64,000 nucleotides of DNA from an uncultured delta proteobacterium. GTDB taxonomy: Bacteria > Myxococcota_A > Polyangia > Polyangiales > Polyangiaceae. Position 1 is the first letter of the stretch; the number at the start of each line of letters is the position of its first letter. This document shows, one piece after another, positions 9,747 through 18,733 of this stretch. Under the pieces are notes generated by a model. It was not told the origin of the DNA. It ran no database searches and saw only the letters and a program-made list of their open reading frames with translations. The position numbers were made by a program, and so were the translations under genes. The DNA lies in the NCBI GenBank assembly GCA_963782055.1, contig CAWAIF010000003.1, positions 3,040,001-3,104,000 on the forward strand, read 5' to 3'.

Positions 9747-10747
9747 TCCGCGGCAGGCTCCTGCTCATCCTCATCATGCTGATGCCGCTCCTCGCAGGCT
9801 GCTTCTCCTTCCACACCGGCGCGATGCCCGGCGAACCGAAGGACGCCACCTTCGCGCGCGTCCACGGCGTGCGCGTCCGCTACGTCGACCGCGGCACCGG
9901 CCCCGCGGTCGTGCTCGTCCACGGCTTCGCCTCCTCGCTCGACGCGTGGAAGGACCTGATGCCGGTGCTGGAGGCGAAGGGCTTCCGCGTCATCGCGCTC
10001 GACCTCAAGGGCTTCGGCTGGACCGACAGGCCCCAGGGCGACTACTCCCCGGTGGCCCAGGCGCGCCTGGTCTTCGGGTTGCTCGACCAGCGGGGCGTCC
10101 GGCGCGCGGCGGTGGTCGCGCACTCCTGGGGCTCCTCGGTCGCCCTCGCTGCTGCACTGCAACATCCGGAGCGCATCACGCGCCTCGCCCTCTACGACGC
10201 GTGGGTCTACGAGGAGCAGCTCCCCACCTTCTTCCACTGGGCGCGCGCCGATGGCCTGGGCGAGATGATGTTCGCCCTCTGGTACAAGGAGCGCCCGGGC
10301 GACAAGATGGCGCAGGCCTTCTACGATCCGAGCCTCATCACCGAGGCGTTCGTCGAGCAGGTGGAGGCCGCCCTCGACCGGCCGGGCACCGTCGCCGCGG
10401 CGCTCGCGGCGGTGCGCGGGCAGCGCTACGCCGAGGTCCAGCGGCGCTACCACACCATCAAGCAGCCGACGCTGCTGCTCTGGGGGCGAGAGGACCGCGT
10501 CACCTCCCTGCGCTACGGCGAGCGGCTGGAGAGCGAGCTGCCCGACGCGCACCTCGTCGTCTACCCGCGCTGCGGCCACTTCCCGATGATCGAGGCGAAG
10601 GCGGCGTCGACGCGCGACGTGGTGGACTTCCTCGCCGCCGACCTGCCGGCGCGGACCGCCGCGGCGTCTCCGCCGCCCGCGCCTCCCCCGCCCGCGGCGA
10701 CGGGTGCGGCCGCCTCCCCGACCGCCGGCGCGACGGACGGCGAGTGA
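9743..10747 (+). CDS. Lipoprotein alpha/beta-fold hydrolase
   Basis: Lipobox LAGC; LVHGFASS, DLKGFGWT, AHSWG nucleophile, LLLWGRED, CGHFP. Confidence 0.9.
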   Translation: MIRGRLLLILIMLMPLLAGCFSFHTGAMPGEPKDATFARVHGVRVRYVDRGTGPAVVLVHGFASSLDAWKDLMPVLEAKGFRVIALDLKGFGWTDRPQGDYSPVAQARLVFGLLDQRGVRRAAVVAHSWGSSVALAAALQHPERITRLALYDAWVYEEQLPTFFHWARADGLGEMMFALWYKERPGDKMAQAFYDPSLITEAFVEQVEAALDRPGTVAAALAAVRGQRYAEVQRRYHTIKQPTLLLWGREDRVTSLRYGERLESELPDAHLVVYPRCGHFPMIEAKAASTRDVVDFLAADLPARTAAASPPPAPPPPAATGAAASPTAGATDGE

Positions 10748-12297
10748 AGCGCGCGGTCGTGCTCCTCGGCGCCATGGTGGCGATCGCCTCCGCGATCGTC
10801 CCGGCGGAGGCGCGCGCCACCGGCTTCACCGACATCGGCCAGGACATCACCCCCCGCGACAAGTTCGAGGCGAAGCTGGACGGCTACCTGCGCGCGCGCG
10901 GGGAGGGCCTCTACAACCTGGACCTGGACCGGGGGCTGCTGCCCGACGGTCAGCCGCTGTTCCCGGTGCCCCTCGGCAACCCGAAGGGGCAGTGGCTCAC
11001 CCACGCCGACATGCGCCTCCGCACCGACCTCTCGGTGTACGCGCCGGGCGGCGGCGTCGCGGTGAAGGTGCGGCTGGACACGCTGGACAACGAGGCGCTC
11101 GGCTCCATGCCGGAGGGCCTGCCGTACGCCTCGCTCACGCAGCGGCCGGAGGGCGCCCTCTTCTCCCTGCGCCGCGCGTACGGCGAGGCGCTCACGCCCT
11201 TCGGCCTCATCGCCGTCGGCCGGATGGGCAACGACTGGGGCCTGGGCATGTACGAGAACGGAGGCGACTGCATCGACTGCGACGCCGGCGACTCGGTCGA
11301 CCGCGTGGCCTTCCTCACGCCGCTCTTCGGTCACGTCTTCGCGGTGGCCTACGACTACTCCGCGACGCTCGCGCTGGCGCCGCGCGCCGACAACCGCACC
11401 ATCTCCATCGCGCCCTTCTCCAACGTGCGCTCGGTCACCTTCGCCGGGCTGCACTTCGAGACCGACCTGGCGCGGGAGCGGCGCCGGAAGGCGGGCAAGA
11501 CGACGCTGGAGTACGGGCTGCTCGGGTCGTACCGCTGGCAGGACGGCGACGTGCCGGCCGCGTACCTGCCCACCCCGGCGAACGGCCCGGTGGCCCTGGA
11601 CCCCGCGCAGGTCATGGGGCGCGGCGCGAAGGGCTGGGTGGTCGATGGATGGGCGCGCCTGACGCACCCTGCGTTTCACGTGGCCGCGGAGGCGGCGTAC
11701 GCGGGCGGCCAGGTCGACGACGCGTCGCTCGTCCCCGGCGTCCTCTCGCGGCGGCCCATCCGGTCGACCCAGCTCGGCCTCGCGCTGGAGTCGGAGGTGG
11801 GCGGGCCGACCTCGCCCTTCGGCGTCGGCCTGGACGCCGGCTACGCCTCCGGCGACCCGGGCGCGACCCTCGGCGCGGTGCCGGTGCCGCCCCCCGGCGA
11901 TCGCATCGACTCCTTCCGCTTCCACCCCGACTATCACATCGACCGCATCCTCTTCCGGGAGATCGTGGGCACCGTCACCGGCGCCTTCTACCTCCGGCCG
12001 CACGCGCGCGCGCGGCTCTTCAAGGTCGCGACCGGCGAGCTGCGCGCCGACGTGGCGGTCGTCGCCTCCTTCGCCGCCGCGGACGACTGGTCCCCCAGCG
12101 GTGACCGCGGCCTGGGCGTGGAGGTGGACCCCGGCCTCACCTACCACAGCCGCGACGGCTTCTTCGTCGCCCTGGACTACGGCGTGCTCTTCCCGCTCTC
12201 CGGCATGGATAACCCGGCCGCCGGGCTGAAGGCGCAGCTCGCCGAGTCCATCCGCCTGCGCCTCGCCTTCCTCTTCGGCGGGGGGAGGAGCTCCTGA
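10744..12297 (+). CDS. Outer-membrane beta-barrel protein, TIGR04551-like (family name from recall)
   Basis: GTG at 10744; signal peptide; LDGYLRARG, GRMGNDWGLGM..NGGDCIDCD, FRFHPDYHIDRILF; alternating beta-strand pattern ending LRLAFLF. Confidence 0.7.
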   Translation: MKRAVVLLGAMVAIASAIVPAEARATGFTDIGQDITPRDKFEAKLDGYLRARGEGLYNLDLDRGLLPDGQPLFPVPLGNPKGQWLTHADMRLRTDLSVYAPGGGVAVKVRLDTLDNEALGSMPEGLPYASLTQRPEGALFSLRRAYGEALTPFGLIAVGRMGNDWGLGMYENGGDCIDCDAGDSVDRVAFLTPLFGHVFAVAYDYSATLALAPRADNRTISIAPFSNVRSVTFAGLHFETDLARERRRKAGKTTLEYGLLGSYRWQDGDVPAAYLPTPANGPVALDPAQVMGRGAKGWVVDGWARLTHPAFHVAAEAAYAGGQVDDASLVPGVLSRRPIRSTQLGLALESEVGGPTSPFGVGLDAGYASGDPGATLGAVPVPPPGDRIDSFRFHPDYHIDRILFREIVGTVTGAFYLRPHARARLFKVATGELRADVAVVASFAAADDWSPSGDRGLGVEVDPGLTYHSRDGFFVALDYGVLFPLSGMDNPAAGLKAQLAESIRLRLAFLFGGGRSS

Positions 12298-13145
12298 TGT
12301 TGCATCGCACCATTGCGCTCGCGCTGCTCGCCCTGGCTGGCGTCGCCGTCGGCTGCGGGGACAACCGCACGCCGCAGCCGACACACCCCGACTACGACGC
12401 CGGCGGCCTGCCGCAGCTCTCCTGCATCCCCAACCTGGACGGCCGCATCGACGCCGACGAGCTCGGCCCGGCGCTCGGCGTGCCGGTGCACTACCTGGTG
12501 TCGCCCTCCGGCAAGACGCGCGCGGTGGACCTCGCGGGGAGCGTCGACGCCCAGGGGCACACGGTGTGGGACTTCGGCGCGGACTACGCCGACAATCAGG
12601 TGGCGACGATCGAGGCCTCCTCGGTCTCCGGCAAGTGGTACGCGGGCAGCTTCCCCGGGGCGACCTTCGTCGCGCCGGTGGACGCGGGCGACACCCTCGA
12701 GGGCGCCTACACCTACTCGCAGGCGGGGGTCACCCTGCGCGGCATCGCCTCGCGCGATCCCGACGGCCCCGGCGGCAAGACGCTCCTCGTCTACGACCAG
12801 CCGGTCACCGTCTACCGCTTCCCCATCGTGGTCGGCGACTCCTACGTCTCGGTGGGCAACGTCACCGGCGGCACGCTACGAGGTCTGCCCTACGCCGGCA
12901 AGGACACCTACCAGGTCTCGGTGGACGGCTCCGGCGAGGTGACCCTCCACGACTACGACTTCACCCAGGCGCTGCGCGTGCGCACCACCGCGACGGTCGA
13001 GCCCTCCGCGGGCGCGGCCGTCGTCACGCGGCAGACGTCCTTCCTCTTCGAGTGCTTCGGCGAGATCGTCCGCGCGACGAGCCAGCCGGGGGAGACGAGC
13101 GACGACTTCACCACCGCCGCCGAGCTGCGGCGGCTGGGGCAGTGA
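12297..13145 (+). CDS. Beta-rich lipoprotein B (paralog of 8796-9746)
   Basis: Lipobox [17 protein letters not shown] vs [44 protein letters not shown]. Confidence 0.75.
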   Translation: MLHRTIALALLALAGVAVGCGDNRTPQPTHPDYDAGGLPQLSCIPNLDGRIDADELGPALGVPVHYLVSPSGKTRAVDLAGSVDAQGHTVWDFGADYADNQVATIEASSVSGKWYAGSFPGATFVAPVDAGDTLEGAYTYSQAGVTLRGIASRDPDGPGGKTLLVYDQPVTVYRFPIVVGDSYVSVGNVTGGTLRGLPYAGKDTYQVSVDGSGEVTLHDYDFTQALRVRTTATVEPSAGAAVVTRQTSFLFECFGEIVRATSQPGETSDDFTTAAELRRLGQ

Positions 13146-13168
13146 CCAGGCAGTGGACGGAGGCAGCC

Positions 13169-13441
13169 ATGTTCGATCAGTTCAAGAAGGGGTTCGACGC
13201 GTGGGAGATCGCCACGGCCAAGGTCGTGGAGGCGTGGATGAAGAGCCCGCTGGTGCTCAAGCCGTCCGGCGCCATGCTGACGAGCCTGATGCGCATGAAG
13301 GCGGCGAGCGACAGCGCCGCGGCGATGTGGTGGGCCTCGCTCGGCCTGCCCACCAAGCGCGATCAGGAGCGCACGCTCCACGCGCTGCACAAGCTGGAGA
13401 GCCGGCTCAACAATCTCGAGGACAAGCTCGAGGACAGGTGA
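13169..13441 (+). CDS. phaE: Small PhaE-like PHA synthase subunit (90 aa)
   Basis: [35 protein letters not shown] resembles the PhaE C-terminal LxLPTR...coiled-coil motif; same operon as class III phaC. Confidence 0.65.
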   Translation: MFDQFKKGFDAWEIATAKVVEAWMKSPLVLKPSGAMLTSLMRMKAASDSAAAMWWASLGLPTKRDQERTLHALHKLESRLNNLEDKLEDR

Positions 13442-13467
13442 CCCGCGCGCGGGTGGGAGAAGAGAAG

Positions 13468-15171
13468 ATGGACGTCTCCAGGTACATGGATCTCCAGATC
13501 GCGCCGCGCGCGGTCTTCGACGCGCTCGAGGAGCGCAAGGACCGGCCGCGCTTCTTCCTGCGCGACGCCGGAGGCAGGTGGTCGCCGGTCACGTGGCAGG
13601 ACTTCGCCGACCAGGTGCGCGACGCCGCGCTCTTGCTGGCGAGCGCCGGGCTGAAGAGCGGCGACCGCGCCGCGGTCTTCGCGCCCAACCGGGTGGAGTG
13701 GGCCGCCGCCGCGCTCGGCATCCAGGCCGCCGGCGGCGTGATGGTGCCCGTCTATGCGGCGAGCACCGCCGAGCAGCTCGCCTACGTGCTCGGCCACTCC
13801 GACGCGCGCGTCCTCTTCGTCGACACGCCGGCGCTCCTCTCCCGCGTGCTGGAGGCGTGGCCGGGGCTGCCGTCGCTGGAGCGCGTGGTCGTGCTGTCCG
13901 ACGGCGTGGACCCGAAGCGCGTCGCGCAGAAGCTCCGGGAGGCGGGCAAGCCCGCGCCCGCCGACGCGCAGATCGAGGAGCGCGTGCTCGGCTGGTCCGC
14001 CGCGCGCGCCATCGGCGCCGCGCGCCACGCCGCCGACCCCGGCGAGCTCGCGCGCCGGATGGACGCGGTGACGCTCGATCAGATCGGCCTGATGCTCTAC
14101 ACGAGCGGCACCACCGGCAACCCGAAGGGCGTGCCGCTGTCGCACGCCAACGTGGCGCACAACGGTCGGGACTGGCTGACGTGCAACGCGCCGCTCCTGG
14201 AGGAGGGCGCGGTGGACGTGCTCTGGCTGCCCATGAGCCACATCTTCGGCTTCGGAGAGATGTGTCTGGGCAACACGCTGGGGTGGGTCTCCTACATGAG
14301 CGACCCCCGCGAGGTGCTCGATCGCCTGCCGGAGGTGCGGCCGCAGGTCTTCATGAGCGTGCCCTCGCACTGGGAGAAGATCGCCTCCGGCGCGCTCGGC
14401 GAGCCCGACGCGAGCAAGCGCAAGGCCGCCATCACCGAGGCGACCGGCGGCCGCCTGCGCTTCTGCCTCTCCGGCGGCGCGGGCCTCAAGCGCCAGGTGA
14501 AGGAGGTCTTCCACGAGAGCGGCGTGCTCATCATCGAGGGCTACGGGCTGACCGAGACGTCCCCCACGCTCACCCTCAACCGCCCCGACGCCTACCGCTT
14601 CGACAGCGTGGGCAAGCCGCTCCCCAGCGTGGAGCTGAAGCTCGCCGAGGACGGGGAGATCCTCGCCCGCGGCCCCAACGTCTTCGGCGGGTACCACAAG
14701 GACGAGGCGGCGACGCGCGAGATCTTCACCGCCGACGGCTGGCTGAAGACGGGCGACGTCGGCCGGTGGACGGAGGACGGCTTTTTGCAGATCGTCGACC
14801 GCAAGAAGGACATCCTGGTCACCGCCGGCGGCAAGAACGTGCCGCCCGCCAACATCGAGATGCGCTTCGCCGGGGACCCGCTCATCGCTCACGTGGTGGT
14901 CTACGGCGACGGGGAGAAGTACCTGGTCGCCGGCCTCTGGCCGAACGAGGACGCCGCCCGCGCGATGAGCGAGGACGAGGTGAAGAAGGCCCTCGGCGAG
15001 CGGGTGGAGCGCGTCAACCGCGAGCTGCCCAGCTACGAGACCATCAAGCGCTTCGCCGTCGTGCGCACGCCGCTCAGCGTGGAGGCGGGCACGCTGACCG
15101 CGTCGCTCAAGGTGCGCCGCAAGAAGATCTACGAGACCTTCCGCGACGTCTTCCGCGGCCTGTACGCGTGA
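13468..15171 (+). CDS. Long-chain fatty acid--CoA ligase (AMP-binding, FadD15-like)
   Basis: [57 protein letters not shown]. Confidence 0.92.
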   Translation: MDVSRYMDLQIAPRAVFDALEERKDRPRFFLRDAGGRWSPVTWQDFADQVRDAALLLASAGLKSGDRAAVFAPNRVEWAAAALGIQAAGGVMVPVYAASTAEQLAYVLGHSDARVLFVDTPALLSRVLEAWPGLPSLERVVVLSDGVDPKRVAQKLREAGKPAPADAQIEERVLGWSAARAIGAARHAADPGELARRMDAVTLDQIGLMLYTSGTTGNPKGVPLSHANVAHNGRDWLTCNAPLLEEGAVDVLWLPMSHIFGFGEMCLGNTLGWVSYMSDPREVLDRLPEVRPQVFMSVPSHWEKIASGALGEPDASKRKAAITEATGGRLRFCLSGGAGLKRQVKEVFHESGVLIIEGYGLTETSPTLTLNRPDAYRFDSVGKPLPSVELKLAEDGEILARGPNVFGGYHKDEAATREIFTADGWLKTGDVGRWTEDGFLQIVDRKKDILVTAGGKNVPPANIEMRFAGDPLIAHVVVYGDGEKYLVAGLWPNEDAARAMSEDEVKKALGERVERVNRELPSYETIKRFAVVRTPLSVEAGTLTASLKVRRKKIYETFRDVFRGLYA

Positions 15172-15176
15172 GCGCG

Positions 15177-16241
15177 ATGGAAGCGCGGCGCGGCATCAAG
15201 CGGCTCTTCAACCTGGCGGCGCTCCCGGCGCGCGGCAAGCCGCTCGTCGGGCGGACGCCGGCGGACGTCGTCTTCTCGGAGAACAAGTGGCGCCTGCTCC
15301 GCTACCGCGCGCGGGCGGAGGGGCTCGCCCACCCGCTGCCGGTGCTGCTGGTGCCCTCCCTCATCAACCGCCACTACGTCCTCGACCTCATGCCGGGCAA
15401 GAGCTTCGTGCAATCCCTGGTCGCGCAGGGCTACGACGTCTACTGCATCGACTGGGGCACGCCGGGGGACGAGGACCGCTACGTCACCTTCGACGACGTG
15501 TGCGACGGCGTCATCGGCCGCGCCATCCGCCGGGCGGCGCGCACCTCCGGCGCGCCCAAGGTGCACCTGCTCGGCTACTGCCTGGGCGGGACGCTCACCG
15601 CCATCCATGCTGCGGTGCACGAGGAGCGCATCGCCTCGATGGTCGTGCTCGCGGCGCCGGTGCGCTTCGACCAGGACGGCCTGCTGGAGGCCTGGACGCG
15701 CACCCCCACCTTCGACGTGCGCGCGCTCGTGCGCGGGGCGGGCAACGTGCCGTGGCAGCTCATGCAGGGCGCCTTCCAGATGCTGCGCCCGACGCTCGGC
15801 CTGTCGAAGGCGGTGCACATGGTGGACCGCGCGTGGGACGACGAGTTCCTGGACGGCTTCTTCGCGCTGGAGACGTGGGGCAACGACAACGTGTCCTTCC
15901 CCGGTGAGTGCTACGTCCGCTACATCGAGGAGCTGTACCGCGGCGACGCGCTGGCGAAGGGGACCTTCACCCTGAGCGGCAAGCCGGCGCGGCTGGAGAA
16001 CCTCACCTGCCCGCTGCTGGTGGTGTCCTTCCAGCACGACAACATCGTGCCGGAGGGCGCGGCGGCGGCGCTGGTGGAGATGGCCGGGTCGAAGGACAAG
16101 CGGCACCTGCGACTGCCCGGTGGGCACGTGGGGGCGGTGGTGTCGCGGTCGGCGAGCCAGCGGCTCTGGCCGGTGATCGAGGGGTTCTTCGCGGAGCACG
16201 AGGGGGCGCGGGGTTGCGTCCCGAACGCCACCTCCTCATGA
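15177..16241 (+). CDS. phaC: Class III-type PHA synthase subunit PhaC
   Basis: GRTPADVV, PVLLVPSLINRHYVLDL, IDWG, GYCLGG (catalytic Cys), HDNIVP (Asp), GGHVG (His); about 354 aa; alternative GTG at 15168. Confidence 0.88.
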   Translation: MEARRGIKRLFNLAALPARGKPLVGRTPADVVFSENKWRLLRYRARAEGLAHPLPVLLVPSLINRHYVLDLMPGKSFVQSLVAQGYDVYCIDWGTPGDEDRYVTFDDVCDGVIGRAIRRAARTSGAPKVHLLGYCLGGTLTAIHAAVHEERIASMVVLAAPVRFDQDGLLEAWTRTPTFDVRALVRGAGNVPWQLMQGAFQMLRPTLGLSKAVHMVDRAWDDEFLDGFFALETWGNDNVSFPGECYVRYIEELYRGDALAKGTFTLSGKPARLENLTCPLLVVSFQHDNIVPEGAAAALVEMAGSKDKRHLRLPGGHVGAVVSRSASQRLWPVIEGFFAEHEGARGCVPNATSS

Positions 16242-16248
16242 TGCCCGG

Positions 16249-17526
16249 GTGCTGCTCCGCGTCGTGCTGGTGATCCCTCTCTGCGCCTGCCTCGCGGGTT
16301 GCCCGAAGCATTCGCTGGCTGCCGCGAAGACGGACGGCGGCGGCCTCGCAGACGCGGGGATGGACGCGCCGACGGGGTCCGCACGAGCCGCCGCATCGAG
16401 CGCAGAGAGCTCGCCCCGGCCGAAGGCCCCGACCGTTGCGAAGGCCCCGCTGTCGCCGGCCGAGCGCAAGGCCGTGCTCGCGGCGCTCGGCGCCGGCCGC
16501 AAGAAGTCACTGGCGAAGGACTACGAGGGGGCGCTCGTCGCCTACGACCGCGCGCTCGCGATCGCGCCCGACGACGCGACGGTGCTGGCCGAGGTCGGCT
16601 GGGCCGCCCTTCAATCGGGTGACCTGGCGCGCGCCGAGGACGCCAACAGACGCGCCCTCCTCCACGCGCTCGACCCGAAGCTGCGCGCGCAGATCCTCTA
16701 CAACGCGGGTCGCGTCGCCGAGGCGAAGTCCGACCCGGCGGCGGCGCGGACGGCCTACGCCGCGTCGCTCGCGCTGCGCGAGAACGCGGCGGTCCGGCGG
16801 CGCCTCGCGGCCGTGTCGGCGTCGAAGACCGGGTCGGGCGAGGCATCGCCGTCCCTTCCGTGTGCGGCCGGGGCCGCCACGTCGAAGGCGCTCTGCGACT
16901 GCTTGATGGCGAAAAAGGATGATCTCGAGGCGATGACCCGCCTTCCGGGGGACGCGCCGACGTGCACCACCGTCCCCGCGTCCCTCGGGACCCCGCGGCT
17001 CGCGGTGATTCGCTGGGGCGCAGCGAGCGGCGGCGAGAGCCGCTACCTCCTCGCGGCGCGCGATGGCTCGACGCTCCGACCCGTCGCCGATCTCGGCAGG
17101 GACTACGAGCCGGGTGTGTTCGGCGTCACCGACACGGCGACGATCGAGGGCGGCGTGACGCGCACGCTCGGCGCCCGCACGGTGCATGTCGTCCACTCCG
17201 CGCAGCACGACGTCGACACCAACATGGCCGGCCTGGAGGCGTGCTTCCACGACGTCGAGCGCGAGACGGTCTGCGCGCTCGCGGGCGCCGGCGGCACGAC
17301 GCGCTGCCAGACGGTCGACGTGAAGACGACGTCCGGCTGCGGGCCGGGCGTCGTCGACCCCGACCTCGACCCCGACACGAAGGCCGCCCTCGACGAGAGG
17401 AAGAAGGACTGGGGCACCAAGACCTCCGGGCGCGCGTGGTCGCTCGACGCCGACGGGGCCCTCGTGGTCAAGGAGGCCGGAGCTGGAGGCAAGACCGTGT
17501 CGAAGACCCCGCTCTTCGATCGGTAG
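16249..17526 (+). CDS. TPR-containing lipoprotein
   Basis: Lipobox LAGC; TPRs ALVAYDRALAIAPDD, ILYNAGRVAE; Cys-rich C-terminal domain. Confidence 0.7.
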   Translation: MLLRVVLVIPLCACLAGCPKHSLAAAKTDGGGLADAGMDAPTGSARAAASSAESSPRPKAPTVAKAPLSPAERKAVLAALGAGRKKSLAKDYEGALVAYDRALAIAPDDATVLAEVGWAALQSGDLARAEDANRRALLHALDPKLRAQILYNAGRVAEAKSDPAAARTAYAASLALRENAAVRRRLAAVSASKTGSGEASPSLPCAAGAATSKALCDCLMAKKDDLEAMTRLPGDAPTCTTVPASLGTPRLAVIRWGAASGGESRYLLAARDGSTLRPVADLGRDYEPGVFGVTDTATIEGGVTRTLGARTVHVVHSAQHDVDTNMAGLEACFHDVERETVCALAGAGGTTRCQTVDVKTTSGCGPGVVDPDLDPDTKAALDERKKDWGTKTSGRAWSLDADGALVVKEAGAGGKTVSKTPLFDR

Positions 17527-17620
17527 CGTGGACACGACGCGCTGCCCGATACGCGTCGGCTCGTTGCCCGCGCCCCGCTCCTCTCTCCACCAGAGAGAGG
17601 AGCGCCCGGGGGCGTGAGCC

Positions 17621-17869
17621 TCAGCCTGCCTTCTTCATCGCCTCCATCGTCAGCTTGCGCCACTCGGCGGCGAGCTGGCCGGCGTAGGCGAAGGACTCGC
17701 GGGTGAGCCTGGAGACCTCGTCGACCATGGTCGCGGCCTGCTCCACGCCCTGGCCCTCCAGCCTGGCCCACTCCTCGGTGGCTGCCTGGAAGCGAGTCAT
17801 GTTGTCCTCGGTCGCCTTCTTCCAGAAGTCGATCCACTGTTGCGGTGCAGCAAAGACCTGGTTGGACAT
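17621..17869 (-). CDS. Small phasin-like protein (82 aa)
   Basis: Strong AAAAGGAGG RBS; amphipathic helical sequence; PHA locus; putative PhaR boxes in its promoter and 5' coding region. Confidence 0.65.
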   Translation of the reverse strand: MSNQVFAAPQQWIDFWKKATEDNMTRFQAATEEWARLEGQGVEQAATMVDEVSRLTRESFAYAGQLAAEWRKLTMEAMKKAG

Positions 17870-17891
17870 GGTGTCCTCCTTTTCTCGCCGG

Positions 17892-17941
17892 AAGATAAGC
17901 TCGGCGGCGGAGGCGTCAAGGGATTTTGTTGCGTTGCAACA
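17892..17941 (-). promoter_or_regulatory. Promoter and putative PhaR box of the phasin-like gene
   Basis: Box TGTTGC-GTT-GCAACA (17927-17941); minus-strand TTGACG (17919-17914)-N16-TATCTT (17897-17892). Confidence 0.7.
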
Positions 17942-17962
17942 TGGGCGGCGCGGGGGGCGGGG

Positions 17963-18733
17963 TCACTCCCGGCGCCAGGCGGGCTTGCGGCGCGCGAAGT
18001 AGGCCTCCACCGCCTCCACGTGGTCGGGGCTCGACCAGGTCCGCACGAAGGCCTCCCGCTCCAGCGGGCGGACGGCGGCGTAGAGGGCCTGGCCCGCGGC
18101 GCGCAGCAGCGCCTTGGTCTCCCGGACGGCGTCGGGGGCGCCGGCGGCGATCTCGGCGCACCATGCGAGCGCCGTGACCATGGCCTCGCCGGGCGCGGTG
18201 CACAGATCCACCAGGCCGAGGGTCCGCGCCTCGGCGCCGGCCACCTCCGCGGCGGTGTAGAGGAGGCGCGCCGCGGCCGACGGGCCGACCAGCGCGACCA
18301 GCCGCGGCAGCAATCCCCACGCCGTCGTCACCCCCATCCGCGCCTGCTTGAAGCTGATGCGCGCCGTCTCGTCGGCCACGCGCAGGTCGCACGCGAGGGC
18401 GAGCTCGGCGCCGCCGCCGAAGGCGACGCCGCAGACCACCGCCACGACGGGGAAGGGGAGCTCGCCCAGCCGGCGGCAGACGTGCTCCCCGGCGTCGGAG
18501 AGGGCCGCGGCGTCGTCGGGGGAGTGGCGGCCGCGCAGCTCGCGCAGGTCCCCGCCGGAGGCGAAGTCGCCGCCCGCGCCGGTGAGGATCGCCGCGCGCA
18601 CGCCGGGGTCGTCCGCGGCGGCATCCATGGCGGCGTTCAGCGCGCCGAGCGTCGCGGCGTCGAGCGCGTTCTTCGTCGCCGGACGGTCGAGCGTCCAGAC
18701 GGCGACGGCGCCGTCACGCTCCTCGCGCAGCAT
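17963..18733 (-). CDS. Enoyl-CoA hydratase/isomerase (crotonase) family protein
   Basis: TLDRPATKNAL, FASGGDL, AFGGGAELALACDLRVA, RRKPAW. Confidence 0.9.
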   Translation of the reverse strand: MLREERDGAVAVWTLDRPATKNALDAATLGALNAAMDAAADDPGVRAAILTGAGGDFASGGDLRELRGRHSPDDAAALSDAGEHVCRRLGELPFPVVAVVCGVAFGGGAELALACDLRVADETARISFKQARMGVTTAWGLLPRLVALVGPSAAARLLYTAAEVAGAEARTLGLVDLCTAPGEAMVTALAWCAEIAAGAPDAVRETKALLRAAGQALYAAVRPLEREAFVRTWSSPDHVEAVEAYFARRKPAWRRE

